Positions 37,801 to 50,861 of a DNA stretch of 64,000 nucleotides are shown piece by piece. Position numbers and translations under genes: made by a program. The notes beneath the pieces are model-generated. The model saw only the letters and a list, made by a program, of their open reading frames with translations, had not been told where the DNA came from and did no database searches. The DNA lies in NCBI GenBank assembly GCA_050084515.1, contig CM114271.1, positions 29,326,001 to 29,390,000 on the forward strand, in the 5' to 3' direction. The stretch is from Blasia pusilla (Eukaryota). Position 1 is the stretch's first letter. The number at the start of each line of letters is the position of its first letter.

Positions 37801-38739
37801 CCCACCACAGTTGCAATATGATCATTGTCACCGATATGGTCACACTAGGGATAGGTGTTATGATCTTCTTTGGGAGGTACGTCAAGAGGTAGGCATAGGA
37901 CTTCGGGGCGAGAGAGTTGGTGGAGATCTAGTTGTTGGATCCCTTTGTATATGCGTGAGTATTTTATTTTTTTGTGGATCTACCCGTATGTTGGGGAGAA
38001 GATCGGTGTTGTGTGATGGGTAGATGTGACCAACGATGTGGGTTGTGTAGCAAGGTGTATGCGCACGACAACATAGGCTAGTCTCTCATGACTTGGGACA
38101 AACTTTCTAGTTGGTTTAAGAACCTCAAACAACATTTACACGCCTAGCGGTCCCAACTATCCAATGGACCTCCAATGAGTCCCTAACCGAGACTGACTAA
38201 AATGAGTCACGGGTCAGATACCAAATGTGGCTTTTGAAATCCACTCCCTTAGATTAGGTTTGGGTTTTGAGTCCCAACGCCAAACTCCCATTTCGCACCC
38301 TTGAGTTGCCCTTTAGCGCCTAAAGTGGGATTTGGATCCCAAGAATCCTTGGAGACACTCCCCCTTACTACTAATTTTGGGGATCTCCACCCTCCCCCTA
38401 ACTTTGGGGAAAAGACAGTCATGCCCCTCATTCAGGCCCTCAACCCAACTCTCCATACAATCGTTTTCAAAAAATATCTTAGCTTCTACTTGTGCATTTT
38501 TGGAGATCTTTGGTGTGTTGGAATTGGCTTGCATAAGCTTTCTAACGTCACCTTTCTTTCCCCAAACGTATCTTAGAACTTAACGTTATGGTCCAAAATA
38601 CAATCAAACTCCAAACGGTAGTCGTGTTCGAATTCTGGTTCTGACCTCTTTGGCAACCAACCTTCCTAGACTCAACTTATCTCAAGTCTTGGTTCATCTT
38701 TGGTCTAGGTTTCTTCATCACCACCATAAACGCATGAAA

Positions 38740-40320
38740 TGCACAAACTCTTCTTCTCTTGGGAGAAGAAGCAAAGAGCACAAAATGTGGAAGACCTATA
38801 ATCATCATAATGGACACTAACCCTATTGCTATCGGGTGGGCAGTTGGGCCAAATATTGCAGAAGGAAGAAGGTTTGCAACAAGGTTTGGAGCTTGTGCAC
38901 TCACAGAACAATAGAGGAGGTATCCTAAGGTAAAGAAGGTGCTTTGGGGAGTTGTGACTGCAATGAAAGTTGAGAAGGAGTATCTTATGGGAGCTTATGT
39001 ATTGCTTGAGGTTGATTGTCTACCTTTGTTACGTATGATTACAAATTGTACAACTCCTGATATAGCCATGTTACGTTGGATAGCCTAAATTAGGTCCTTG
39101 AATCCACAACTTATGCATATAGCTGGGAAAGAGAATTCAGTGGCTCACATGTTGTCTAGAGCTAGATTGAGTCAAGAAGAAGATATGGAGGCAGTTGAGA
39201 TAGATGTAGATGATGTATATGTGTGGCAAGTGTCATCTCGAGAACAGAATGGCATAGAGGATGTTCTAGCCTTCAAAGAGAATTTTTATGAGGGCAAGTT
39301 AAAAGAAATTGGGCGTTGTTTAAGCACTCTTCAAAGAGACGGAGGATGGATAGACAAGTTCAAGGAGATTCGACATAAGACGTATGGCTATCTACTACAA
39401 GATGGATGTCTTTGGAAGAGGCCAAAGAGGAGAGATGGAATGCCCTTGAGGGTGGTGGATGACAATGGGACAAAAATGCAAGTGCTCTAAGAATTCCACA
39501 ACTCTTTATGGGCAGGACACAGAGGTTGCCCATAATTGGGAAACTTTCACCAAGATAAAAGAGAGGTATTGGTGGAAAGGCATGTACAAGGATGTTGAGA
39601 GATATATTGGGTCATGTGTTGAATGTCAATTTCAATAAAAAATCTGGGTGAGAGACGGACTTAAACTCATGTATCATTTTTCTATTCATCATTAGTGGGT
39701 TATAGATCTAGATGCTATGCCACTAGGTTTTTGGGGAATGCCTTACCCAGTCCTAGCACGTGAAGAGTTGTCAAACTTTGTAGAAGGGAGGTCTTTACAA
39801 GCTAAAACAACAGAGCCTATACTTAGAAGATATTGTTGCTCAATATGGGAGTGTGGGGAGAATCCGTGCAAATAGAGGTGAGTTGAATGCGGAGGAAGCA
39901 TGAGAGTTCTTCAAGAGATATGGAGTCTAGCTAAGATTAACAACCTCCATAAATCCGAAGGCAAACGGCAAGAGAGAAAGGAGACATCCGCCAATCATTC
40001 AAGCATTAGTAAAGGCATGTGGAGACCGTTATGCTGATTTGCCTAGATTGATTCCATTGGCTTTATGGGCAAATAGAAGCACTCACAATACCGTTCCAGG
40101 GTTCATGCCCACAGAGTTGATGACGGGTCAAAAGTCAATAATGCCAGAAGAAGGAGATATTCCCACTTGGATAGGTTTGTCGTGGGAGAACGAGCTTGAT
40201 AAGAAAGAGCTCCTAGCATTTGAAATGCAGCAGCTAGAGCAGCGTGAAGGAGATATCCCAGAAGCATTAGTCAAAATAAAGGAAGCAAGGTTGAAAAATA
40301 AGGAGTGATTCAACAAACTC
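38740..40320 (+). pseudogene. Decayed Ty3/Gypsy pol fragment (RNase H plus integrase)
   Basis: DTNPIAIGWA..., VDCLPL, LRWIA, IAGKENSVAHMLSR, H...AGHRG, ERYWWKGMYKDV...SCVEC, LALWANRST..GFMPTEL. Confidence 0.8.
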
Positions 40321-40399
40321 ACCAACTTCAGAAGGCTCCAAATGAGCCTCATCCGATGTATACCCCCCTTGGGCACCTCCATAGGTGACATGTACACAC

Positions 40400-40860
40400 A
40401 CATCACCTCCCTCCTAGCAGATCACTACCCACCTATAGGACACCCATACTTATTATTAGCTCCCTAACAACAACACATGTGGTCCCCTCATGAGACCAAC
40501 TACCAACTAACCCACGACCCTACATGTCCAAGTGGAGCCATACATGGTTGGGAAGGTCAACCTCTCCAAGGTTGCCACTCTTCATAAAGGGAAGGATGAC
40601 CTACACTCGTAGGTAACCTCCTAAGAGCAGGTCATACATGATCTCTCAAAATAGAGAAGTACAAGGCCCATCTAAAGCCTTAATACTTTCTCGCCCTACA
40701 CCTCATCTACCATGACATATACCTCCAACAGAGGGAGAGCTTGAGAGCTCATTCTCTCTTTGTTGAACCTCGTGGCATGCATCACGCGACACAGCCATGG
40801 TCCTCCTTGCCTTTTGTCTGTAACCCAAGCCTCTCATTAGGGAATTGGGTTTGGTTTGAC

Positions 40861-40929
<69 letters not shown>

Positions 40930-43900
40930 TGTGTGTGTGTGTGTGTGTGCACACCATGGAGAGCTTGTTGTCAGACCTTGGAGAGATTTGATTGATTTAC
41001 AAAGAGAGAATGAAGGAGTGAGAGAGCTTCAATCGAGGACCCCGCTAGTGACTTGCTGTTGTTGCAGGTTGGCGTCCGTGTTCCCCGTTGATCGGCTTGT
41101 GGGAGTGCTCAACGGAGCAAGAACCACTCAATTTTGTTGTTCAAATTTTTGTTGGGAGAAACAAGCGGGGAAGCGCTGTTGAAATTTGTGTAGGAGAGTA
41201 GAATTGAAGGGCTTTACAACTGTCCCCATCATTTTTTTTTTGGAATATCCAATGGAAAAGAAAAAATATTTTTGTAGATCGAGAAGCTGTGCACCCTCTA
41301 CAACCCTGGTGTGTGATTTGGAGCTGTGACCATAAAGTTATGGCCGATTTTGAAAATTGCCATGGATAGACCAATTTTTGGGTAAAAATCGTCAAATCCT
41401 AAACCAACCGCCGCCGCCGCCGCCACCACCAACCGCGCTGTCACTATCTATATCATCATCATCGTCCATAGTATTTCCCTCACCATCCACGCTATCGCTG
41501 CCACTTGCCACCACCGTCGTTGTTCAAGGCCGCGGCACCATTTAGGGCCACCTCAGGCCGTCGTCGTACCCGGACAGGGTTGAGCCAGTATGTGTCAGTA
41601 CCACTTGTACATTCCCCGACTTCAAAAAGGTAAACTTTTGATTCATGGGGTCCCAATTCCTTTTCCACTTTACTTTGTCTAGAGATTGGAGCCGCTCGAC
41701 GATGATCGAGTACCGTGCCGTGACACACATAGCCGCAACGTTGCCGCCGATTGCCGCGCCATGCCGCTCGTGATTGCACCTCACTGTCTCAATCATGGAG
41801 CCGCACCATCACTGAGTAGCAAAGCTCCCCAATGATGCTATTGAGGAGGGTATGTTGTTGAGTGCCTCACCCCATTCTCGAGTGCCGTGCCGTTTGTAGT
41901 CGTTCCATGTTGCACCGTACTATTGGATCCGCACCGCACTGCACATCAAGGAGATTTGAGCATAGTTAGTACTAGAGGAGTACAACTTGCTGATTGGAGG
42001 ATTTTATTTTCACGACCGAGTTGGGATTGAGGCTTGCAGTTGGTGAGGGGTGACATTGACATTGTTGTCAGGATACCCATGTATTCTAGTCTTTCGTCCT
42101 ACACGTGTGAGAGAATTTCGAGTATTGGGTAGTTATTTGAGATATTGAGTTTCATGTGGATGCTAAGAGCATCCATGATGTATGGTTTTAGGGGACATAG
42201 ACCTATGTGAGATGTTGAGGGTATGTTCTATAGATGGGACGATAAGATAGCAGTTGATTTTCCGCACCATGGCACTTGTTGCTGCATAATATACGTCTCA
42301 GTGAGAGGGAGTCTAGATTGAGTGTCGTATGTCTAAGTTGAGGGCTTGAGAGTGATTGCATGAGAGGGTCACAAGGATCATCACTTCATCCTTTTGGGAC
42401 TTTGAGAGGCAAGGTTGATGGACCTGAGAGTTGCTCTAGAGGATTTACGCGGAGTGGCGCGAGGTTTCAAGGGTGTCCACGTGAGGAACTGCCTTGACCT
42501 CCTTCTATGTCGTCTTAAGACAAGGAGGAAAGCATAGAGGATTTTTTTTAGTGCATTACCGTACACATTGAGTGGTCCCACCGCTTGGGAGTACAAGATA
42601 TATGACCCGGGTAGAGGAGTGAGTAGGTTTCCGGGTGCTATAGGCACGATAGAGTTGCACGACTTCATTGCAGAGTTTAGGAGTTGGTGTGATTCACAAC
42701 GGCCTAGGAACACCACAGAGTTTAACCCGTTTACAGCATAGAACGGTATGTTCTAGAATTTAGAGGGGGCGCCCATTGAGGATTACCATAAGTTATCCTA
42801 GAGATATGCCCACACTATGTGTCATGGATGGAACCGCTCCTAGATGAAGAGGAGGAGTAAGGAGATGCTACTTCCTCTTCCACTAATGGTGTGTTTGGAG
42901 GGATAACTTGAACTGAAGCAATTGCATCATGTAGTCGGGTTTGTCCTAGGTTCAACTCGGTGGTTAAGTTCTTTAGAGTTGCGGACGAGCTACCAAGGGG
43001 TACGAACGTGAAAGTCGCAGAGCATCCACAACTTCCATAGGTGCCCGAGTGAGAATTTCCGTGAGGCCTACACTCACTTGCTTCGTTTGATTAGCGTCAC
43101 TTAGGGGATGACAGAGTCCCAGGCTATCCAAGCATGGTACGCGATGCTTGACCAAGACCTGCGAAAATGAATGAGGGTTGGGGTACTTCTTATGCACACC
43201 TCACCTACGTTGACTGATGTTTTTAAGACCGTAGAGAACATTGAGCGCAACATGGCTGAGGAGAGCGTAGCAACCATAGGTTCTGCACAAGAACAGTCAC
43301 GATTGCTTGCACCACCAATGCAGCAACATGGATTTTGAGAGAGGTCTATGGCACCACAAGCTTAGGGATGATACCAGTAGGACGTGCCACAAAGACCTAC
43401 GCCATCCTATGCGGCTTGGCATGTGGTGGTGCCCATCATCAACGCGCTTGCACCCATGGCGGTAGTGGAGGCGTGTCTTAGCATTGAGGAGGAGACGGGC
43501 CTGTACCTAGAGTGTACCAATGTGATCATTGTTAGCAATGTGGGCATACACGCGCTAGGTGTTTCAACCTACATCCCGTGGGGGAGGTAGAGTTCCGTTA
43601 CCTAGACGCGTCAAGGGAGACGCTCGGTGTGAGGCTGGGATGGCTGCTTAGATACAGCAGTTGCAGCAGATTGCCGCTATGGCATTCAGGTGACCTGACG
43701 CCGGATCAATGGCATCGACAGCATATGAAACAGCCAGAGACATGAAGGATCCTAGTTGGATGTGCGGGATCGTATAGATGGAGATAGCCATTGTTGTTAC
43801 ACGTGAAGCAGCAAGAGACATGGAGGATTCTGGTTGGATGTACGTGACTATACACATGGGGGCACCCACTGTTGTTATGCGTGGAGTAGCCATAGAGTTG

Positions 43901-46892
43901 GATTCATAGAGAGGGGAAGCCAAGAAAGAGACCAGGCTTCCTCAGTCTTTTATGTTGTCTGAGGCGATGAGGACCCCATCAATAGGTCCTGATCAAAGTT
44001 CTCGGAGAGTTGATGTTGTTGGTGTGCACGCATAGAGGGTGATGGGAGAAACATGTGCGACCACTCCTAATGCTCATGCTCGAGAGGAGCATGTGTCTAG
44101 TACATTGTCCCGGGCGACCACTACTATGTTACGCGCTCCATTTTTTTCTGCTTCCGATGTTATGACATTGGGAGGTACGCCTGCCAAGGTTTTCTGACTA
44201 GCCACTACACTATGTAAGCGTGCAATTGGTGTTCTTGCATCACGATCAGAGGTGATTTCAGAGGAGGTGATGGACCTGGCCTTGGAGCCTGTGCTTGGTC
44301 CGTCCACCTTAGATTCATGGGAGGTTGCGGTTTCCAGGTGTTGTGTTGGTGGATAAACGAGGAGAGATTTCCTAGTTGGTGAGTCCAAGAGGTAGATTGT
44401 TCATCTACAGCGCATCTTGTTAGATTTGGGAGTGCAACCCCTGATGTTGGGGAAGGCGACATTCACAGGTTTGGGCCTAACTAGGGCGAATGTGGAGCAT
44501 TGTCCATTCTGGATACAGACATCCTTGGGTGGAGTGGGTACCAAAAAATTTATCACATGAGAGGAGGTTGTGGTGAGAATTTTCCTATGACATCTTATAG
44601 ATGAGTCCGTGGTGCGAGCCAATATGATAGTGATCGATGTTGAGTCCTATGACGTCTTGGTTGGTGGAGCAGTGTTATACCCGATGGGGTTTATTGGATT
44701 ACTGGGAGGAGTGATTGTCCTACGGACCACAATAGTAGTCAAATGATGGGCGACTTAGCTCATTCCTCGTTTGATTCACGGGTGGAACGATCGAGCGACG
44801 GCCAAGAGATATGGCGACATTAGTAGCATTCAACAACATCATCATGTGGCCTAATGATTTGATTGAGGGGCATATCCATGCAGAGGAAACACTTGCACCT
44901 AACACTTCTAGGGAGAGGAGTGTTATGGTAGCTGCATCATTCTGTGGAGGAGCGGTGCCGTTGTGGGGCTTGAGTGAAGAGCTTCGACTCTTGGCCGATG
45001 GGCATATGCACACAGCGTGGAGTGAGGTGTTTGCACGAGAGCATGATGGATGAGAGGAAATCGAGGAAGCGGTGAGTGCTACTATGGCCCCCTTGGACAC
45101 CACACCAATTTTGTGGCGCATCCCAGAGAAGGATATTTGCGAGTTGGATCTCTTTGGAGGGATCAACACTTGATTAGTTTTTGTTTTGGAGGGAGGACTG
45201 CATGTGCAAACAGTACTTATATGTTGAGATTGATGATGCTGCAAGGCACGCTTCACTTCACCATGTGGTGCAAGGCACAAACCAATTCACCACTACATCT
45301 CCGATTTCCCAACTTGTTATCCACGTCCGCTATATAGGGGTACTAGAGTTTCCTACCGAGTGATATTTCATTGTTGGGGGCGTAAGACTTGGAGCGAGTA
45401 TGGACCATAGATTTTTTCATTACTGGTTGGTCGTGTCAAGGCAAGTCGAGTGTTGGACGAGGTAGCGGTTTGGCTGACACTCGATCGAGGTTATTTTGGG
45501 AGATGATGCGCGCGGATCTTGCAACACTTGTAGGAGCATCAGTAGCTTTCTCTTGCATACATTCTCTTGGGCGATTCGAGGTGCCTTGTGGTGACGAGTG
45601 CACATCAAGTTTACGCATGGATCGACCCACAGTGTTGTTGGATGCAATTAGTGTAGGTTCATGAGGACATCTTGCGTATCTTTGGTGGACCAACTTGGTG
45701 CCACATGAGGTATTGCGGAGGACGTATGCGAGACTGGAGCACCCCTCCCATTTGTTGGTGGATTCAATTCTAGATCTTAGTCGTCAATCATAGGAATTGA
45801 GCCACGAAGATCAACCATCGTTGACTGTGGCCAATAGGATTGGCAAGCCTTGGGCAACCTTTCCCACAATTGTAAGCTTTTCTACTTCCTATGCATTCAA
45901 GGAGGTCGTGCTTGGCTTGGTTTGGGATGACCAGGTACTACGGTTGGTGGAGCCCAATGCCAATGAGTGAGAGTGAGCAATGGAATTCCCCACATGAGTG
46001 ACGGCAATATGGTCATTATCAAAGGTATCATGACATCATGTCTTGGGTCAAGCGATGGACCTGAACTACTTGAAATCTTAGGAGTAGTTGAGCAACGTTG
46101 TTTGAGGTTGCGACACATGACAATTGTTGCGTTGGTGAGCCCTCTGCCTACCAAGATGGTTGAGGCACTGGCTTGGGGCAAGATCCGAGGAGATCGACAA
46201 ACCATTGACAACATGGGTCGTCGGGAGAGACACCCTTGGACTTCTTGGGATTTTTTGCAGGTACATTGAGAGATAATAGCCATAACATCGAGCGTGGTTC
46301 AAAGTACTACACGTGGAGGAGATGAAATTTTGCAATTTGTTGTAGGGGAGAAGTCAAGTTATGTTGTTCGAGATGGGGTTGCACCATAGCAACCACCGAT
46401 ACCCATGCCCAAGAGTCTTACCGTAGTCACGATGGAGACTTAAGAGTCGTATCACGTCTGATAGGATACATCAACAAAAGTTTAGTAGAGCGCCTTCAAA
46501 AATACTGGAGGATAGCCTCAAGAGGTCAAAGATGACCTGCTAAGGCCACGGGTAACCTAAGAGAGCAAGTTTCCCCTTTGTCTCAGCTCATTTGAAGCCA
46601 CATAGATAAACTTACTATTTTAGATAAGTTTCTATTTGGAGTATAATCTACTTTCTAATTTTGGAAGTGCCCTTGATCCACTACAACAAGTCAAGAGCCA
46701 AGGAGGTGACCTACAAGCATAGATTACCTTGGAGAGGGCTTGGGAGAGGGAAGGGGATATACCTCCAAGAGAGAGAGCTCGAGAGCTCATTTTCTCTTTG
46801 TTATACCTCTTGGTATGAGGCAGCGGAGCTATGGTCCTCCTTGCCTTATGTGTTTAACCCAAGTGCCTCATTAGGAGAGTGGGTTTGGTTTG

Positions 46893-46947
<55 letters not shown>

Positions 46948-47119
46948 TGCACACCATGGAGAGCTTGTTGTGAGAGATTTGATTGATTTTAATTGGAGAT
47001 ATTTTGGTACTTCTTATCTCGTTGTATGGATTCCATGAGTTAGAATGGGATTGTGTATATTTGTGTGTATGTTTAATTACAATGATATATGATGTGTAAC
47101 GATGTGTATCTGCACAACA
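40400..47119 (+). mobile_element. Gypsy-related retroelement (family F3, related to F1): A', gag, protease, decayed pol, A', B'
   Basis: 40595-40996 aligns with 46531-46990, both containing (GA)n. Gag at 42600 (ELHDFIAEFRSWCDSQ..FNPF) is homologous to F1. Protease-like ILLDLGVQPLMLG at ~44415. The right copy starts TATCACGTCT (46450) and ends TGTATCTGCACAACA (47119). Left boundary uncertain. Confidence 0.7.
40863..40949 (+). repeat. Compound microsatellite (GA)n(GT)n within a terminal repeat
   Basis: Direct reading; the paralogous (GA)n is at 46897-46943. Confidence 0.95.
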
Positions 47120-47302
47120 TCCAGATATGGGCCCTAAGTTGACAATTGGAGAGCGGTGCCGAATACATCAGTTTCTTAGGGGTCATAGGAGTTGTTTTGC
47201 ATTAAGTATGCATGATTTGGGTACACAGAAGGCTGTCCAGGGATCTGCATTGAGTTTTCTAGTGACACGTCGATCTTTCAACGACTCTATAAGTATAGTG
47301 AC

Positions 47303-48360
47303 ATGGAGAGGGCTCTGCTTCAATGTAGCAACCAAGACTTGGTTGGAGGAGGACTAATGGAGATGTCGCATGGAGAGTATGCATTTGCCATTATCATGCC
47401 TACCAAGAGAGATGTGCATGCCATGTGGACGCATAGGCAGATGTGTGGAGATTACCGACCTATCAATCAGCAGACAAAGTCCGATAGGTTGCCATGGCCA
47501 CCCGTGAGGAGATCTTTGATGTTATTGGGCATGCATTCAGTATGTCTTCAGTTTGTTGGATCTTCGAGCCGGATACCATCATTAATGGGATTGGCCAACT
47601 TCTATCGATGGTACGTCAAGGGTTTCAGTTTGATTGTGAAGCCGTTAACCTTCTTGACTAAGGTGGATTGGGAGTGGCAATGGGGGCATGAGCAAGAGAA
47701 AGCATTTCAGTTGCTCAAGGAAAGGTTTACGTGTGCGTTCATATTGAGGAGACCGATCAGGGTTTGTCCATTGCAATTGCATATCGATTGGAGCATGTTG
47801 GGGCTTGGATTCATGCTCATCCAGCATGACGATGAGGGTAGAGAGTTCATGGTGGTTTACGCTAGTTGCTTGAACAATACTGCAGAGGCGAAGTATAACT
47901 TGTATGAGGATGAGTGCTTGGCTGCAGTGTGGGCTATCGCGCATTTAAGGTGTTATCTATTCGGCAATCCCTTTACCATTATCACTGATCATCAAGCACT
48001 TATGTGGTTGATGGACTCCGACAAGCTTATAGAGAAGCTTGCAAGGTGGGCTCTTTGTTGCAGGAGTATAATTCCTAGGTGGTGCATGGATTTGGGACGT
48101 TCAACCAGGATGCAAATGGTTTGAGTCGTAACCTATGCCTCAGTCAGCGAGATGCGATTGGAACTCGTTGGCATGGAGAGAATGATGAGGAGTTGGTTCC
48201 AAGATGGCACGCATCAGCCTATTTGGGCTTGTTGGCTATGGAGAGCCAAAGGGTTGAGACTTCGATAGTGAGGTCTGATGGAGAGTGCTTAGATTTAGAG
48301 GCCGGTGAGGAGATGACAGATGGCCGACATATTCCCGAAGATAAAGTAGTCTTGGATTAG
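47303..48360 (+). pseudogene. Internally deleted Ty3/Gypsy pol fragment (RT N-terminus fused to connection and RNase H)
   Basis: MCGDYRPINQQT, GLANFYR..VKGFS, LHIDWS..GLG, VVYAS, ECLAAVWAI, TIITDHQAL, KLARWAL. The YxDD RT core is missing. Confidence 0.85.
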
Positions 48361-49949
48361 CTGCGTACTGGCCAACAAGCACGAGTATGCAGCTACTCCA
48401 AGATAGCTAAAAATGAGTTAGCAAAAATTACCTACTCATTATTTGACTCGATTCATTAAACCTTCAATGAAAAGAGGATCTTTTCATTTTCCAAATTGTC
48501 GGAGTATCTCATCTTGAGATAAAATTTTGTAAACTTCATCCCCATGGTGTATCTTGCTCTCTTCAAAAGTTTATGGAAAAAAGAATTTTTGACCAAAAGC
48601 TCAGAAATTGCTAAGTCAAAACATTTTAAAATAGACGCACACCATTAAACCTTTTAGCAAAAGATGGGTCGATTGATGGATGAAGCATTTTTCCACCACA
48701 AATCATAACTCGCCATGAAACTATCGCTCCCTTGGTGGTAAGGAAAGTTTCTATAACTTGCATAGAATATATTTTTGAAACTAAATGGGCGATAAAATTT
48801 TCTCTCCATAAAATGACACTTTCCAATTTGACCTTCAATATAAAAATCATTGCTTTATTAGTGAGAATGTTACAAAAAGGAATATCTTCAAAATAATATT
48901 CTTCCAATAATCTTTACAAAACAAGTATGCTACAACTATTTCTTAATCCGTTTCACTAAAATCACCAATTGCTCTACTAGTCTAGGTCTATTGTGGGTCC
49001 GATGGGTTAAGATGTAGATGATAATTTGACGACTCAAGAGTTATAAGTGGGATAGATTACCAACGATTTCCCATTGCAATTGTTTCATCATCGGAGGAAA
49101 TGTATGAACTATCCATGCCATTATTGATGGGTTGAGAGTTTGGAACAAGGTGATTGACAATATCATTATCATTAGGCTCATCTACTAAGGCCACTCTTTC
49201 AATATTCAAAGATTGTGGAGGATAATCCCTCATAGGTTCACTAGACTTGTGGAATAATTTTAAATTCCTAGTGGTGTGACAATCCGAAGGTCGTAGGTTG
49301 TGTTAGCAAAATTTTTGGGTAGATCCACTTCAATTGAAGTCCTCCGTTGTTGCTCTTCCTTGTGCTTTCAAATCCAATGTTCCATTACATCGTCATCTTC
49401 GTCTCTTCCAAGCCCCTCGGAGTCAAATTTTTCAATGTCACCAATATGAATATCATGCCTTCCTTCGGTGCCATAAATTCCTCCCTTGGTGCTATAAGTC
49501 CGCCAAGCGCGTGATAGGCCCGCCCTTAGCTTGGGTGCCTGTGCTTGGCCCGCCTCCAACGTGCACTCAATGTGCAAGCCCGCGCCTGGCCTGCACCCAG
49601 CTCGCTAGGCCCGTGAGGGAGCCCGCCCTTATCCCATGTGGCGACTGTGGCCCGCCTTTAGCCCCCACCCTTCATCAGAGCCCGCACTTGTTCCCGTAGA
49701 TGGAGCCTGCATGATTGACAAGGGCACCAAAGAAACCCGGGCTGGCGATAGGTTTTCCATGTCCATTTTCATAGAACCTTTACCATACATATTGTGTGGC
49801 ATTGTGTGGAGCAGGGTATGAGAGTGTTAGATCTCCCAGAGGGATCAACACAAAGGCTATTTTCAATGTTGGAGTTTTGTGGGGATGAATCGGATAACAA
49901 CACCCATGGTGCTAGATGTGTATATGATAGTAGATCAATTCATGTACAT

Positions 49950-50723
49950 ATGCGTTTTCTTTCTGGAGTTAGGAGGACCCAACTGCCAGCTAGGGATTGG
50001 TTTTGGGGTCTCGGTATTTTGTTGATGAGTGGATCGACCCATGTGTTGGGAAGATTGGTGTTGTTTGGTATGTTGATGTGACCAGCGATGTGGGTTGTGT
50101 AGCAATGTGTATGGGCACAACAGCTGTCACATCTTAGTTAGATGTAGGTAGAGTTCTATTGCGTCGACACCATAGAGGGTCAATAGGTTGTTCAGATGTA
50201 GCTTTGTCTTGAGGTATCGGATGAGGTTGGCGATAAGTTTGTTGCATCGAAAACATCGTTTATTGCAATTTTGCTATTTTGGTCTTAGTCAGTAAGGTAT
50301 CCCATTGACCGAATCAATGGTCATCTGGTAACTTGTGCACGTAGGTTACCGTTGAAATGACTATTTCTGGGGAAAGATCCTTTCGGCTCTTCCCAAGAGT
50401 ATAAGAGAAGGAGAGATGGCTTTCTCAAGTTGAGCCTTAGGAGTATCGCTCTTGTCTATGTATGTAGGAACTAGGGTGTTAGCGTCTAGATTCTCTCATA
50501 GTAGAGGGTGGATGTGGCTCAATATGTCGTTGTAGATTCAAGAGAAGAGTTTTGGCCGGGTAAGCCATATTGTTTTGATTTTTTGTTGTGGGGTCTCTGT
50601 GTATATGGGTGAGTGTATTTCGTTTATGAGTGGATCGACCCATGTGTTGGAAAGATCAGTGTTGTGTGGTATGTGGTGTGTAGATAACGATGTGGGTTGT
50701 GTAGGGATATGTATGCGCATGAT
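49950..50723 (+). mobile_element. F1 terminal modules in B-A-B order, without internal domain
   Basis: B ends GGGCACAACA (50122), followed by GC. A starts TGTCACATCTT (50125) and runs directly into a second B ending GCGCATGATA (50723). Confidence 0.75.
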
Positions 50724-50861
50724 AATCATTAGCCAATTTTTAAGTAATACAACAATATCACTCAAATAAAAAATAAAAAGGAAGTAAACTCCAAAGTTAT
50801 CCATTATAGAATTATAAAAGAATCTTTTTTTGTTTTGGGATATTTTACTTTCAATATATCA

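Larger units (their letters stand above)
24591..38070 (+). mobile_element. Non-autonomous Gypsy-related retroelement, family F1 copy 2 (A, gag, B), interrupted by two hAT insertions
   Basis: Starts TGTCACATCTT, the same start as at 50125. TATAA at 24866. Decayed gag at 36610-37880 is homologous to 1553-2790. Ends ...TATGCGCACGACA at 38070. No TSD seen. Confidence 0.75.

Noticed and set aside
40703-40995. ORFs with ERERER/LSLSLS runs (also 46661-47038)
   Set aside because: Translations of (GA)n microsatellites
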